Shown here piece after piece: positions 1 through 9,038 of a stretch of DNA of 64,000 nt (position 1 is its first letter; every line of letters starts with the position of its first letter). Source of the stretch: Burkholderiales bacterium (GTDB lineage: Bacteria > Pseudomonadota > Gammaproteobacteria > Burkholderiales > SG8-41). Both the position numbers and the translations under genes were made by a program. Location: the NCBI GenBank assembly GCA_035259205.1, contig DATFWO010000318.1, positions 7,954-71,953 on the forward strand, read 5' to 3'. Under the pieces are notes generated by a model that was not told the DNA's origin, did no database searches, and saw only the letters and a list, made by a program, of their open reading frames with translations.

Positions 1-15
1 TCGGAAATTTTTACA
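1..15 (+). promoter_or_regulatory. Window-truncated copy of the 17-bp box TGTCGG-N5-TTTTACA; candidate enhancer (UAS) for a sigma-54 activator
   Basis: tcggaaatttttaca matches positions 3-17 of the box found 9 more times in this window. It ends 88 bp upstream of the sigma-54 promoter at 103, in the same orientation as the downstream gene. Confidence 0.55.
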
Positions 16-102
16 ACTGGCCCGGTCCGGCGAGCCGTCCCAGCGACGTGCTAAGGCAAAAATTCATACCGTACAGGGTGTTATGGCGTTTGGGTCGGCG
101 TT

Positions 103-118
103 TGGCGCGAAACTTGCT
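103..118 (+). promoter_or_regulatory. Sigma-54 (-24/-12) promoter
   Basis: TGGCGC-GAAAC-TTGCT has exact GG-N10-GC spacing. It is intergenic, about 95 nt upstream of the ATG at 212. Confidence 0.6.
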
Positions 119-211
119 TTCGCAAAGCTGGGGTAAACAAATAGGCGCATGCCTCTGTGTGGGCCTGCGTTTTGGCCTATTCTGGGGCCTGTTCCCATGG
201 GAGATACGGCT

Positions 212-703
212 ATGAAGAAGACACGAGTTTTGGCTTTTGTTATTTTCCTTGTCGCCTGCTCGGGCCCCGCATTCGCTGGATGCGGCAGTAATCCCTCCAA
301 ATTGACTCAGGCTCAGGTAGAGACGATTCTGCCGGGAAATTTTGCATGCGCCAGATCGACGACATTGGATCCCCCGGGATGGAACGAACGGCATCTCGGG
401 AGTGCCCCAGGAGGAACCCTGCAGGAGCAGCACGAAGGGGGTAGTACCGTCGAAACGGTGGGAACCTGGGCTACATCCACGCAGGGCGGTAACGGTAGAG
501 TGACTCATACCTATTCCGCTACCGTAGCCCCGATATACGAAATCGCGGTGGTCGCAGACGGAAATTGCAATCCCAACTGCACGAACCTTCCTCAGAACTA
601 TCAATTTTGTCCTGTTGGTGGTCCAGGGGCGCCCGCTGCCCCGATCACGGTCCTCGTCACGACGGCAGCTCCCACGCTGGCCGGCTGCCCTTCCAACCCT
701 TAG
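212..703 (+). CDS. Small secreted lipoprotein, function unknown
   Basis: Internal ATG of ORF 149..703, preceded by gggaga. The N-terminus MKKTRVLAFVIFLVAC has a signal peptide plus lipobox (LVAC). The mature part is Gly/Thr/Pro-rich with paired Cys. Confidence 0.6.
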   Translation: MKKTRVLAFVIFLVACSGPAFAGCGSNPSKLTQAQVETILPGNFACARSTTLDPPGWNERHLGSAPGGTLQEQHEGGSTVETVGTWATSTQGGNGRVTHTYSATVAPIYEIAVVADGNCNPNCTNLPQNYQFCPVGGPGAPAAPITVLVTTAAPTLAGCPSNP

Positions 704-720
704 TCGTCATCGCTACATGA

Positions 721-756
721 GGTCGCCCGGGATGTTTGATCCGCATCCCGGCGACC
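721..756 (+). terminator. GC-rich imperfect hairpin downstream of the lipoprotein gene (possible terminator, no U-tract)
   Basis: ggtcgcccgggatg / catcccggcgacc forms an inverted repeat with a 9-nt loop, beginning 18 nt after the stop at 703. Confidence 0.3.
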
Positions 757-1068
757 GACGACTGCCGCGACCGGCGGCGTGCGCTTTGTTGTTACCCTGG
801 TTCCGACGCTACTCGATCCTCGCTTGCCCGTTTCGGCGCCCGGGCTCGGTACCGCTGGCTTCGTCCGCTGCGCGTGACTCTCCGCCTTCCTGATCAGCGG
901 CAGGATTTCGTTGCGGTATCGCGCGTAGCGTCGGACAACCGGGTAATTTAGTATTCTGGCGTCGCGACGATGCATGCCTCGGCGCCAGCCCGCTCGCATG
1001 CGCGGCGTGCACAGCCGCATCGAGATCCATTGACGAGCCCATATACCGAAAGTGACTCCAGCCGGCGC

Positions 1069-4000
1069 ATGACCTTGGCCGTCGCCGCCGGCTGCTACCT
1101 GCTGTTCGTCGTCTATGGCAGCTTGGTGCCGCTGGACTTCAATCCCCGGCCACTGGAAACAGCGTGGCGGGAATTTCTCGATACAAAATATCTGACACTG
1201 GGTGTCCAGTCGCGCGCGGATTGGGTCGCCAACATCCTGCTCTACATTCCGCTCGCGTATCTGCTGAGCGCCGCGTTCGGGGCGCGCACTCGGTCTGCGG
1301 CCGCTCGCGTGCTGCTGGCTGGCGCGGTGTGGCTCGCGTGTGCCGCGCTTGCGCTGGGTATCGAGTTTACGCAGTTGTTTTTCCCGCCGCGCACGGTATC
1401 CCTTAACGACATCGTCGCCGAATTCATGGGGAGCGCGCTCGGCGTCGCCATCTGGCTCGGTTGGGGCGATGCGCTTCAGCGGCTGTGGGTCGAAATGATG
1501 CGCGGCGGATTGCCGGCAATCCGCGCCGCGGTCGTTCTCTACGTGCTGGCGTATCTGGCCTTGAGCTTCTTTCCGTACGATTTTCTCGTTTCGCTGAAGG
1601 AGTTCTCGGACAAGCTCGCCTCCGGCAACTATGGATTGCTCATGGCGCCCCAAACCTGCGAGCAATTGTCGATTTGCGCCAGCAAGCTCATCGCGGAGAT
1701 CGTAGTCGTCGTTCCGCTCGGCGTATTGCTGGGCATGGCGCTCGGCAGAGCTGCGCGGCACGCCTACGCCATCGCTGCGCTGTGCGGTGTGGTGCTCGGC
1801 CTGACGATAGAGGCTGTACAGCTGGTCATCGCGTCGGGAATCTCGCAGGGCGTGTCGGTGGCGACGCGCGCGGTGGGAATGGCGATCGGCGTGGCCTGGT
1901 ACCGGCATATGCGCTGGCAGTGGCTGTATGGACTGCGGCCGTACGCCATCCTTGCCGTCCTGCTGGCGATCCCGGCCTATCTGTTTGCCGTGATGTGGGC
2001 CAACGGCTGGTTCAGCGCGCGTTGGGGAGGGCTCGAGCACGCCCATGCCAGCCTGCAGGAGGTGAACTGGCTGCCCTTCTACTACCATTACTACACCACC
2101 GAAACGGAGGCCCTGCGCAGCGCGCTGACCAACGTCGCCATCTACATGCCGATCGGTGTCCTTTACTGGATGTGGACCCTGCGCCGCTCGCATACCTATT
2201 CCGACGGTTTGACCCTGGTTCCGGCCTTGATCGCCGCGCCGCTCGCGGTGGCGATGGAAGTAGGCAAGCTGTTCGTCCCGGGAAAACATCCCGATCCGAC
2301 CGACGTGCTGATTGCGACGGTTACGGCGCCGGCAGCCTACGTCCTGGCGCGGCAATTGCAAAGATGGGCAGTGGAAGGCGAATCGGGGGCCGGGCGTATC
2401 GCGGCACACCGTGGCTCGTCGGGCGCGGCTCAGGCCGTCCCCGTTGCGTCGCAAAGCGCGGGAAGAGTGGCGGCGGCGTTGCTGCTGCTCGCCGGCACCG
2501 GCATCGCGGCGTTCTACTATCCGCTCGGCGGCGGCTGGCTGGGGTTGGCGCTGGGGCTCTACGCCGCCGTGTTGTGGCGCCATCCGGGAGCGTCCCTGCC
2601 CGCCGTGCTCGCGCTGCTGCCTTTGCTCAACTTCGCGCCGTGGAGCGGCTGGATACTGCTCAATGAATTCGACCTGCTCGTCGCGGTTACGCTGGCGGTG
2701 CGCCTGCTGCGGCCACCCCCGCCAGTTCGCGGTCCCGTCCTTACCGGGTCTGCAAAGTACGCGATTGGACTGCTCGCAGTGTCCTTCCTCGCAAGCGCCA
2801 GCGTCGGTCTCCTGCCGTTGCCGTCGTTCGACCAGAATGCGCTGGTGAGCTACTACACGGGGTTCAACAGCCTCAGGCAATTGAAGGGCTTCGCGTGGGC
2901 GCTGGCGCTGCTGCCGCTGCTGATCGAGGAGACGCAAAACCGGCGCATGGATCAGCGACTGGCTGCGGGTACGCTCGCCGGACTGTGCGCGGTGGTTGCG
3001 GTGGTCGTTTGGGAGCGCGTCGTGTTTGCGAGCCTGAAGGATTTTGCCGGCGAGTATCGTGTCGACGGCCCGTTCCCGGAGCTGCACACCGGGGGCGGGG
3101 ACGTTCACGCCTATCTCGTGATGGCGATACCGCTCGTCGTGGCGTGGATCGCGCTGCGGCCCAATGCGATCCGGATCGCGTTTGGAACCGCCCTGTTTGC
3201 ACTTGCGAGCTACGCGCTCGCAATGACCTTCACCAGGGGTGGCTACGTGGGGTACTGCGGCGCGCTGGGGGTGCTCGCGGTCTCGGCGGTGATCTACTGG
3301 GTGCGGCAGCGCGCGTGGAGGCTCGGCCCCGTCGTTGTGGCTGGCGCGCTCGGGTTGGCCGGTCTCGCAGTCATGGTCCCGATCGTATCCGGCTCCTTCA
3401 TGGGGAGCCGGCTGGCGGCAGCGCATTCGGATGCCGCTACTCGCACGCGGCACTGGGCCGAGGCCATCAACATGATGGACCGCGGCACGGCGACTGCGCT
3501 GTTCGGGATGGGGCTGGGCAGTTTTCCGAAGACCGTCGTCTTCAAGGAGCGCGACGCAGCTTCGGCGACGTTCAGCTACAGGCAGGAAGGCGGCAACAGC
3601 TATGTGCGTCTGGGCTCGGGAAAAGCCCTGTATCTCGATCAGAGGGTAGCCGTCGAGGCTGGAAAGGCGTACACGATTTCGCTGGATCTGCGCAGCCCAA
3701 ACCGGGGGGCGAAGGTTGACATTCCCATCTGCGAAAAGAGCTTCCAGTACTCGTTCCGGTGCGGAAGCGTGAGCTTTGCGGTCAAGACGCCGGGGACGGG
3801 CTGGGAACACAACGAAGCTGCTTTCAACTCGAAGGAAGTCGGATCGGGTGCGCGGTTTCTGCAGCGTCCGGTGGCGCTCGGTCTTACCAATGCGCAGCCG
3901 GGCACCCTCGTTGACGTGGACAACGTGCGGCTGCTGGATGAAAAGGGCCGCAATCTTATCGCCAACGGAGATTTCTCGCGGGGCGGCGAGCGCTGGTTCT

Positions 4001-4353
4001 TTGCGGCCGACGACCATTTGCCGTGGCACATTTTCAATCTCTGGGTGCAGGTCCTGTTCGAGCAGGGATGGGTCGGTGTCGTGGCGCTTGCGGTAGCCGT
4101 CCTGATGTCGCTGGCGCGGCTCGCAAGCGGAGCGTGGAGGGGCGAGCTCGTTTCCGGGGCGCTGCTTGCGGCCCTGTGCGGATTTCTCCTGGTCGGCCTC
4201 ACCGAGAGCCTGTTCGATGGGCCGCGCGTAACGACGTTATTTTTCCTGTTGCTGTTTGCCGGGCTTCTGCGATCTGCCGGACAGAGCGCTATCGACCGCT
4301 CCCAGCGCGATTCTGCGTCCGGCGGTTTGACTTCCGTCCATTCGATATCCTAA
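1069..4353 (+). CDS. Polytopic membrane protein: VanZ-like N-terminal repeats, O-antigen ligase (Wzy_C)-like core and a periplasmic carbohydrate-binding-like insert
   Basis: VanZ-like motifs are EFTQLFFPPRTVSLNDIVAEFMGSALG and MEVGKLFVPGKHPDPTDVLIA. There are many TM helices. Ligase-like elements are TFTRGGYVGY and ALFGMGLGSFP. A soluble stretch with NGDFSRGGERWFF resembles CBM4_9, and two more TM helices follow. The start could be the ATG at 970 rather than 1069. Confidence 0.7.
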   Translation: MTLAVAAGCYLLFVVYGSLVPLDFNPRPLETAWREFLDTKYLTLGVQSRADWVANILLYIPLAYLLSAAFGARTRSAAARVLLAGAVWLACAALALGIEFTQLFFPPRTVSLNDIVAEFMGSALGVAIWLGWGDALQRLWVEMMRGGLPAIRAAVVLYVLAYLALSFFPYDFLVSLKEFSDKLASGNYGLLMAPQTCEQLSICASKLIAEIVVVVPLGVLLGMALGRAARHAYAIAALCGVVLGLTIEAVQLVIASGISQGVSVATRAVGMAIGVAWYRHMRWQWLYGLRPYAILAVLLAIPAYLFAVMWANGWFSARWGGLEHAHASLQEVNWLPFYYHYYTTETEALRSALTNVAIYMPIGVLYWMWTLRRSHTYSDGLTLVPALIAAPLAVAMEVGKLFVPGKHPDPTDVLIATVTAPAAYVLARQLQRWAVEGESGAGRIAAHRGSSGAAQAVPVASQSAGRVAAALLLLAGTGIAAFYYPLGGGWLGLALGLYAAVLWRHPGASLPAVLALLPLLNFAPWSGWILLNEFDLLVAVTLAVRLLRPPPPVRGPVLTGSAKYAIGLLAVSFLASASVGLLPLPSFDQNALVSYYTGFNSLRQLKGFAWALALLPLLIEETQNRRMDQRLAAGTLAGLCAVVAVVVWERVVFASLKDFAGEYRVDGPFPELHTGGGDVHAYLVMAIPLVVAWIALRPNAIRIAFGTALFALASYALAMTFTRGGYVGYCGALGVLAVSAVIYWVRQRAWRLGPVVVAGALGLAGLAVMVPIVSGSFMGSRLAAAHSDAATRTRHWAEAINMMDRGTATALFGMGLGSFPKTVVFKERDAASATFSYRQEGGNSYVRLGSGKALYLDQRVAVEAGKAYTISLDLRSPNRGAKVDIPICEKSFQYSFRCGSVSFAVKTPGTGWEHNEAAFNSKEVGSGARFLQRPVALGLTNAQPGTLVDVDNVRLLDEKGRNLIANGDFSRGGERWFFAADDHLPWHIFNLWVQVLFEQGWVGVVALAVAVLMSLARLASGAWRGELVSGALLAALCGFLLVGLTESLFDGPRVTTLFFLLLFAGLLRSAGQSAIDRSQRDSASGGLTSVHSIS

Positions 4354-4411
4354 CCTACCATCGTCTGGACCAAGACGGTTTCGTGCTAACCCGTCGAAGA
4401 GAGGACATTGA

Positions 4412-5887
4412 ATGGATACTCCGCTGACTCGCCTGCAGCCGCAGGCCGCGACACTGAACAGCGCACGGCGCTACGCGATCGTGCTCGCGGGCGGTTCCGG
4501 AACGCGACTCTGGCCGCTGTCGCGCGCGACCATGCCCAAGCAGTTGCTCGCCCTGAACGGCGCCGAGACGCTCTTGCAGCAGACCGCTCTCAGGCTCGCG
4601 CCGATGGTCGATCCCCGACACGTCGTCACCGTAACCCACGCCGATCACCGCTTCGAAGTAACCGGACAACTGCACGCGCTCGATTCACGCCTTGCCGAGG
4701 GCGTGCTGGCGGAACCGATCGGGCGCAACACGCTCCCTGCCATCGCTTGGGCGGTCGCGCGCATCGCCCGGGAGACGCCTGATGCGCTGGTCGGCGTCTT
4801 TTCTTCCGACCATGCAGTCGCGGATCCGGCGGCGTTTCTCGCTGCCTGGCAGACGGCGGAATCGGCGGCTGAAGCGGGCTATATCACGTTGTTCGGCATG
4901 CGTCCGACCGAGCCCGCGACCGGCTTCGGTTACATCGAGGCGGGTGCGCCGCTGCAATTGCCTGCGCAGGCGGGTGCGGTGCCGCAACCCGTGCGACGGG
5001 TCGCGCGCTTCGTGGAGAAGCCCAACCTCGAAAAAGCGCGCGAATTTGTCGAGCGCGGCAACTACTATTGGAACGGCGGCATGTTCGTGTTCCGTGCCGA
5101 TCGGCTGCTCGCGACCCTGGAACGCTGTCAGCCCGTCCTCTCCTCGGCATTGCCGGATCTGGCCCGCAGCGAGCGGCTCGCGCCCGTCGAGCTGTACCGG
5201 GACTTGCCCGACACGTCCATCGACTACGGCGTTCTCGAGCACACCGATAACGTGGCCGTGGTGCCGGTGGAGATGGGCTGGAGCGATCTTGGCGGGTGGG
5301 ATGCGCTGTATCAGCAACGCGTCAAGGACAGCGACGGCAACGTGATGCAGGGTGATGTGGTGGCGGTGGGCAGCCGTAACAATCTGCTGTGGAGCGAGCA
5401 CGGCACGTTGGCGACCCTCGGGCTGGAAAACATTGTGGTCGTGCAGACGCGCGACGCGACGCTCGTGTGCGACCGCGATCAGGCCGTCGATCTGAAGCAG
5501 CTGGTTACCCGCCTGAAGACCAAGCACGGCAATCTCACGGAGATGCACCTTACGGTAGCGCGACCCTGGGGAACCTACACGACCCTGGAAGAGGGGCACC
5601 GCTACAAGATCAAGCGTATCGTAGTGAATCCGGGCGCGAAGCTATCGCTGCAGATGCACTATCATCGCTCGGAGCATTGGGTGGTGATCGCCGGTACCGC
5701 GAAGATCGTGAACGGGGAGCAGGAGATATTTCTGGAGGAAAACCAGTCCACCTACATCCCCAAAACCCACCGTCACCGCCTCGAGAATCCCGGCAAGATC
5801 CCGCTCCAGATCATCGAGATCCAGACCGGTCCCTACCTCGAAGAAGACGACATCGTGCGCTTCGGGGACGTCTACGGGCGGTCATGA
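4412..5887 (+). CDS. manC: Mannose-1-phosphate guanylyltransferase / mannose-6-phosphate isomerase (bifunctional GMP/PMI type)
   Basis: N-terminal LAGGSGTRLWPLSR nucleotidyl-transferase motif. C-terminal cupin with HYHRSEHWVV and HRLENPG. The length of 491 aa is typical, and a strong RBS (gaagagagga) precedes the start. Confidence 0.9.
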   Translation: MDTPLTRLQPQAATLNSARRYAIVLAGGSGTRLWPLSRATMPKQLLALNGAETLLQQTALRLAPMVDPRHVVTVTHADHRFEVTGQLHALDSRLAEGVLAEPIGRNTLPAIAWAVARIARETPDALVGVFSSDHAVADPAAFLAAWQTAESAAEAGYITLFGMRPTEPATGFGYIEAGAPLQLPAQAGAVPQPVRRVARFVEKPNLEKAREFVERGNYYWNGGMFVFRADRLLATLERCQPVLSSALPDLARSERLAPVELYRDLPDTSIDYGVLEHTDNVAVVPVEMGWSDLGGWDALYQQRVKDSDGNVMQGDVVAVGSRNNLLWSEHGTLATLGLENIVVVQTRDATLVCDRDQAVDLKQLVTRLKTKHGNLTEMHLTVARPWGTYTTLEEGHRYKIKRIVVNPGAKLSLQMHYHRSEHWVVIAGTAKIVNGEQEIFLEENQSTYIPKTHRHRLENPGKIPLQIIEIQTGPYLEEDDIVRFGDVYGRS

Positions 5888-6583
5888 CCGGCTCTGATAG
5901 ATGATATGCCGCGAGTCCCGCTTCACCACGATCCAGTGGGCTTCGTCGAAGACGTGCGGGTGTAGCGGCTCGACGTAGATTACGAACACGTCGCGCGGGC
6001 TCTTCCGGAGCGAACGTTCGATGTTACCGACCACCTCCCGCATGACGATCTCCCCGAAAGGGTTGTAGAAGTAGCACACGAGTGGATCGTCGGGTAGCTC
6101 GAGGTCCGCGGCATCGCCGAGGACAGCCTGTATATTCCTGCATCCGTTGGTCCGACCGAGGAGCGCGGCAATATTCTTCTGGAGGATCTCATGCAGCTCT
6201 CGTGAGAATTCCACTCCGAGAATTCTCCGGAACGGAAACTCGGCCGCCAATAGCATCACACGGCCCTTGCCGCAGCCGAAATCGATGAAAACAAAATCCG
6301 AATACCTGATGCCGCAGTCGCGGAGGATTTGTCTTACGAGGTCGACTCCGCTGGGTTGATAGCGCCCCGCATGCGCGGCGTGGCGCGAATCGATGTCGAG
6401 CGAGCCTATCTCCCTGATCTCGGTCGTCTCGACCCCGAGTGCCTCGTCGAGCGAACGACCCGAGGGATCGGATTCCCCGCGCCTCCCGATCCGTCGCAGG
6501 TAGTATCCGGCGTTGTAGGCGAGCAAATAGCAGAACTTGGCGAAGCCGTGCCGCCGAAAAGCCTTGAGCGCTCGCTTGAACAT
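5882..6583 (-). CDS. Class I SAM-dependent methyltransferase
   Basis: SAM-binding motif I is FIDFGCGKGRVMLLAA, followed by ILGVEFS. It is convergent with manC, with a 6-nt overlap. Confidence 0.7.
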   Translation of the reverse strand: MFKRALKAFRRHGFAKFCYLLAYNAGYYLRRIGRRGESDPSGRSLDEALGVETTEIREIGSLDIDSRHAAHAGRYQPSGVDLVRQILRDCGIRYSDFVFIDFGCGKGRVMLLAAEFPFRRILGVEFSRELHEILQKNIAALLGRTNGCRNIQAVLGDAADLELPDDPLVCYFYNPFGEIVMREVVGNIERSLRKSPRDVFVIYVEPLHPHVFDEAHWIVVKRDSRHIIYQSRS

Positions 6584-6665
6584 CGATACCGTCTATTTGC
6601 GGCTGGAACCAGGCTCCCGATGATATCGTGCAGGCGGCGTGACGGCACGACATGCTCGCGCCGCG

Positions 6666-7547
6666 TTACGCGGCCCTGCGCACCAGGCGCCGTACCGCGT
6701 TCTTCAAGCCGACACTGTCCAGCACGCGTCCCGTCGATGCCGTCAACGCATCGACGGCCGCGTGCAGACGAACGCACAGGAGATTCCAGGCGTTGCGGCG
6801 GTAGAAATAGACGTCCGCACAGTGCACGTGATCGGTGGCGAAAAACGCTTTCTGCTGCCCTTCGCCCTCGGTGAAATCGAATATCCGGTAGCAGCCCTCG
6901 TCGAACAGCTTTTTCAATATCACGTACTGCAGTACGGTTCCAGGGGATAGATGCCGGCAGGACGCATCGTAGCCGACGTACTGATAGACGAGAACGCCGG
7001 CGTGGAGTGGACAATAAACGTACGCCGCGGGCTGGTCACCGTTGAACAGCAGGTACGCGCGCACCTCCCCCCGAGCGCCGGCGTCGAGCATCTGCTCTTT
7101 GAATTCGACGCACGCCGGCAGCCCGCTGTGGAGCAGACGCTCCTGATAAGTCCTGCTCGAGAGCTCGCGGGCGAGGCGGTAGAACTCTGCGAGTTCCGCC
7201 GGCGAGCGGTACTCCTTCCAGACGAGTTCCCCGCCGCTCGTGCTGGCGTAGCGACGCACCTTGCGCGCGAGGGTCGATCGGGACTTTGAAGAGAAACGCT
7301 TGAGGTAGCCCTCGAAATCTCCCCTCAAATCGACGTAGAACCTTTTATATTGATGCGGCACGTACCTGATCCAATCGCGGTCAACGCTGATGCGTGGGAG
7401 CGGAGGGTTGACGGGAAGAGATCGCATCAGGAACGGGCCATTGCCGGGGGGGAGTCGATTCGCCGGCGAAAAATGCGGCTCCTCGCCGCCGGAGGAACCG
7501 CAGAATCGGCGGTTGTAGGAAAACCCGTTCTGCACCCAGGTAAACAT
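6666..7547 (-). CDS. GNAT-fold acetyltransferase of the FemAB/BcsL-like type found in EPS and PEP-CTERM loci
   Basis: C-terminal GTVLQYVILKKLFDEGCYRIFDFTEGEGQQKAFFAT and the KSRSTLARKVRR block resemble the Acetyltransf_6 (FemAB-like) family. The start is uncertain: the ORF extends to a GTG at 7607, the first ATG is at 7547, and another ATG is at 7427. Confidence 0.55.
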   Translation of the reverse strand: MFTWVQNGFSYNRRFCGSSGGEEPHFSPANRLPPGNGPFLMRSLPVNPPLPRISVDRDWIRYVPHQYKRFYVDLRGDFEGYLKRFSSKSRSTLARKVRRYASTSGGELVWKEYRSPAELAEFYRLARELSSRTYQERLLHSGLPACVEFKEQMLDAGARGEVRAYLLFNGDQPAAYVYCPLHAGVLVYQYVGYDASCRHLSPGTVLQYVILKKLFDEGCYRIFDFTEGEGQQKAFFATDHVHCADVYFYRRNAWNLLCVRLHAAVDALTASTGRVLDSVGLKNAVRRLVRRAA

Positions 7548-7910
7548 GGAGATCTCGCCGAGGCGATAGCTCAGCCGGACGCTGGCGGGCGACCAGTCCG
7601 GGCTCACGGATCTCTCGCGCTGGCCTGCTCGACTATGCCCGTCTCATCGGGCTCCAAGGCCAATCTTGGCCAGTCTTGCTGGGACGGCCGCAGGTCGGCA
7701 TGAAGAGCTTGAAGGTTTTGGGAATTCTTCATCGACTTTCGGCCCAACTCAGGATTGCACGCTCGGAGATCGAAGGCAACGGCAAGCGAGCTGGCACCCA
7801 TCGATGTTGCGTTGACTCATGGTGCGCGCCAACCGGTGCGAAATAACGAACGAGGGATGGAACCTCAACGCATTCATAGGGTCAGTGAGTGGCGAACATT
7901 CTGCGCAGTT

Positions 7911-7927
7911 TGTCTAAAAATTTTACA
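7911..7927 (+). promoter_or_regulatory. 17-bp box copy (TGTCTAAAAATTTTACA)
   Basis: Matches TGTC..-N5-TTTTACA. It ends 63 bp upstream of the sigma-54 promoter at 7990, in the same orientation as the downstream gene. Confidence 0.6.
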
Positions 7928-7989
7928 AAACCCGCCTGCGCCGCTACCGAACGGCCAAAAACATTAAAGTAATCAGAGGGGGGCGCGAT

Positions 7990-8005
7990 TGGCTCAAAAA
8001 TTGCT
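7990..8005 (+). promoter_or_regulatory. Sigma-54 (-24/-12) promoter
   Basis: TGGCTC-AAAAA-TTGCT has correct spacing and lies 36 nt upstream of the ATG at 8041. Confidence 0.65.
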
Positions 8006-8040
8006 TCAGCGTGCATAGTTAATCTCTCGATTTCAAGCCC

Positions 8041-8949
8041 ATGAAACGAGCAATTATCCTGTTCATGGCGGTTATGGGATGGGCGCCGGCTGCGGTGTGG
8101 GCACTGGGCGAACCGGCGGTGCCGATCGAGGCACTCGAAGAATCGGCCGCGCGCACGGGCGATCCCGAAGCAATGACGCTGCTGGCGCAGAAGTACGAGC
8201 ACGCCGAAGGCGTCGCCAAAGATTTCAACCGGGCCAATGAGCTCTACTGCAAGGCCGCGAAACTCGGCTATGCGGAGGCGCAGTTCAAGCTCGGCTGGGT
8301 CTATGCCAATGGGCGCGGTGTGCCGCGCGACGACCACGTCGCGGCGGCGCTGTTTGCGTTGGCGGCCGATCAGGGCCACGAGTACGCCGCAAAGCTCCTT
8401 CCGTATGTGCGCCGCGATTCCGAGGCGAAATTGCCCGACTGCATGTTACCCGACACGGTCCGGGTCGCAACCGATGATCCTTTGGACTCGCCGCGCGGCC
8501 GCAGCGAGATCGAGTTGCTGGTGCACAGGCTGGCGCCGCAGTTTGCGGTGGATCCGAAGCTCGCGCTGGCGGTGATCTCCGTCGAATCTGCCTTCAATCC
8601 CGCGGCGATCTCGCCCAAGAACGCGCAAGGGTTGATGCAATTGATACCCGAGACCGCGGAGCGCTTCGGCGTGAAGCAGATCTTCAGCCCGGTCGAGAAC
8701 ATCAAGGGCGGGCTGGCGTATCTGCGCTGGCTGCTGGCGTTCTTCCAGGGCGACGTGCCGCTGGTCCTCGCGGCGTACAATGCGGGCGAGCGCGCGGTCG
8801 AGAAGTATCGCGGCATCCCTCCCTACGCGGAAACCCGCAACTACGTCAGAAAGATTACCAGCGTTTACCGCCAACCTCTTCATCCCTTCGATGCCGGCGT
8901 CGTCGAGCCTTCGCAGATCATGATCGAGGCGAAGCGCATCCGGCGCTAA
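8041..8949 (+). CDS. Secreted Sel1-repeat / lytic transglycosylase (SLT domain) protein
   Basis: Signal peptide MKRAIILFMAVMGWAPAAVWA. Sel1 repeats (AQKYEHAEGVAKDFNRANELYCKAAKLGYAEAQFKLGWVYANGRGVPRD). SLT catalytic region ISVESAFNPAAISPKNAQGLMQLIPETA and AAYNAGERAV. Confidence 0.8.
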   Translation: MKRAIILFMAVMGWAPAAVWALGEPAVPIEALEESAARTGDPEAMTLLAQKYEHAEGVAKDFNRANELYCKAAKLGYAEAQFKLGWVYANGRGVPRDDHVAAALFALAADQGHEYAAKLLPYVRRDSEAKLPDCMLPDTVRVATDDPLDSPRGRSEIELLVHRLAPQFAVDPKLALAVISVESAFNPAAISPKNAQGLMQLIPETAERFGVKQIFSPVENIKGGLAYLRWLLAFFQGDVPLVLAAYNAGERAVEKYRGIPPYAETRNYVRKITSVYRQPLHPFDAGVVEPSQIMIEAKRIRR

Positions 8950-9038
8950 TTTCGGGCTTCCTTCTGCTCTAAAATCTGGAACTTCCGCCACTGCTGGGGG
9001 CCCGAACCAGGGGTGGACACCGCGCAACCAATCGGCGC

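Noticed and set aside
700-4029. 1109-aa ORF antisense to the VanZ/ligase-like gene
   Set aside because: It is extremely Arg/Pro/His/Gln-rich with no recognisable motifs. This is a typical shadow ORF on the opposite strand of a high-GC gene whose sense strand shows clear TM-helix and domain structure.
7792-7810. Perfect TGGCAC followed by TTGC upstream of the SLT gene region
   Set aside because: The spacer is 9 nt rather than 5, so the -24 and -12 elements would be out of register. The correctly spaced match at 7990-8005 is preferred.
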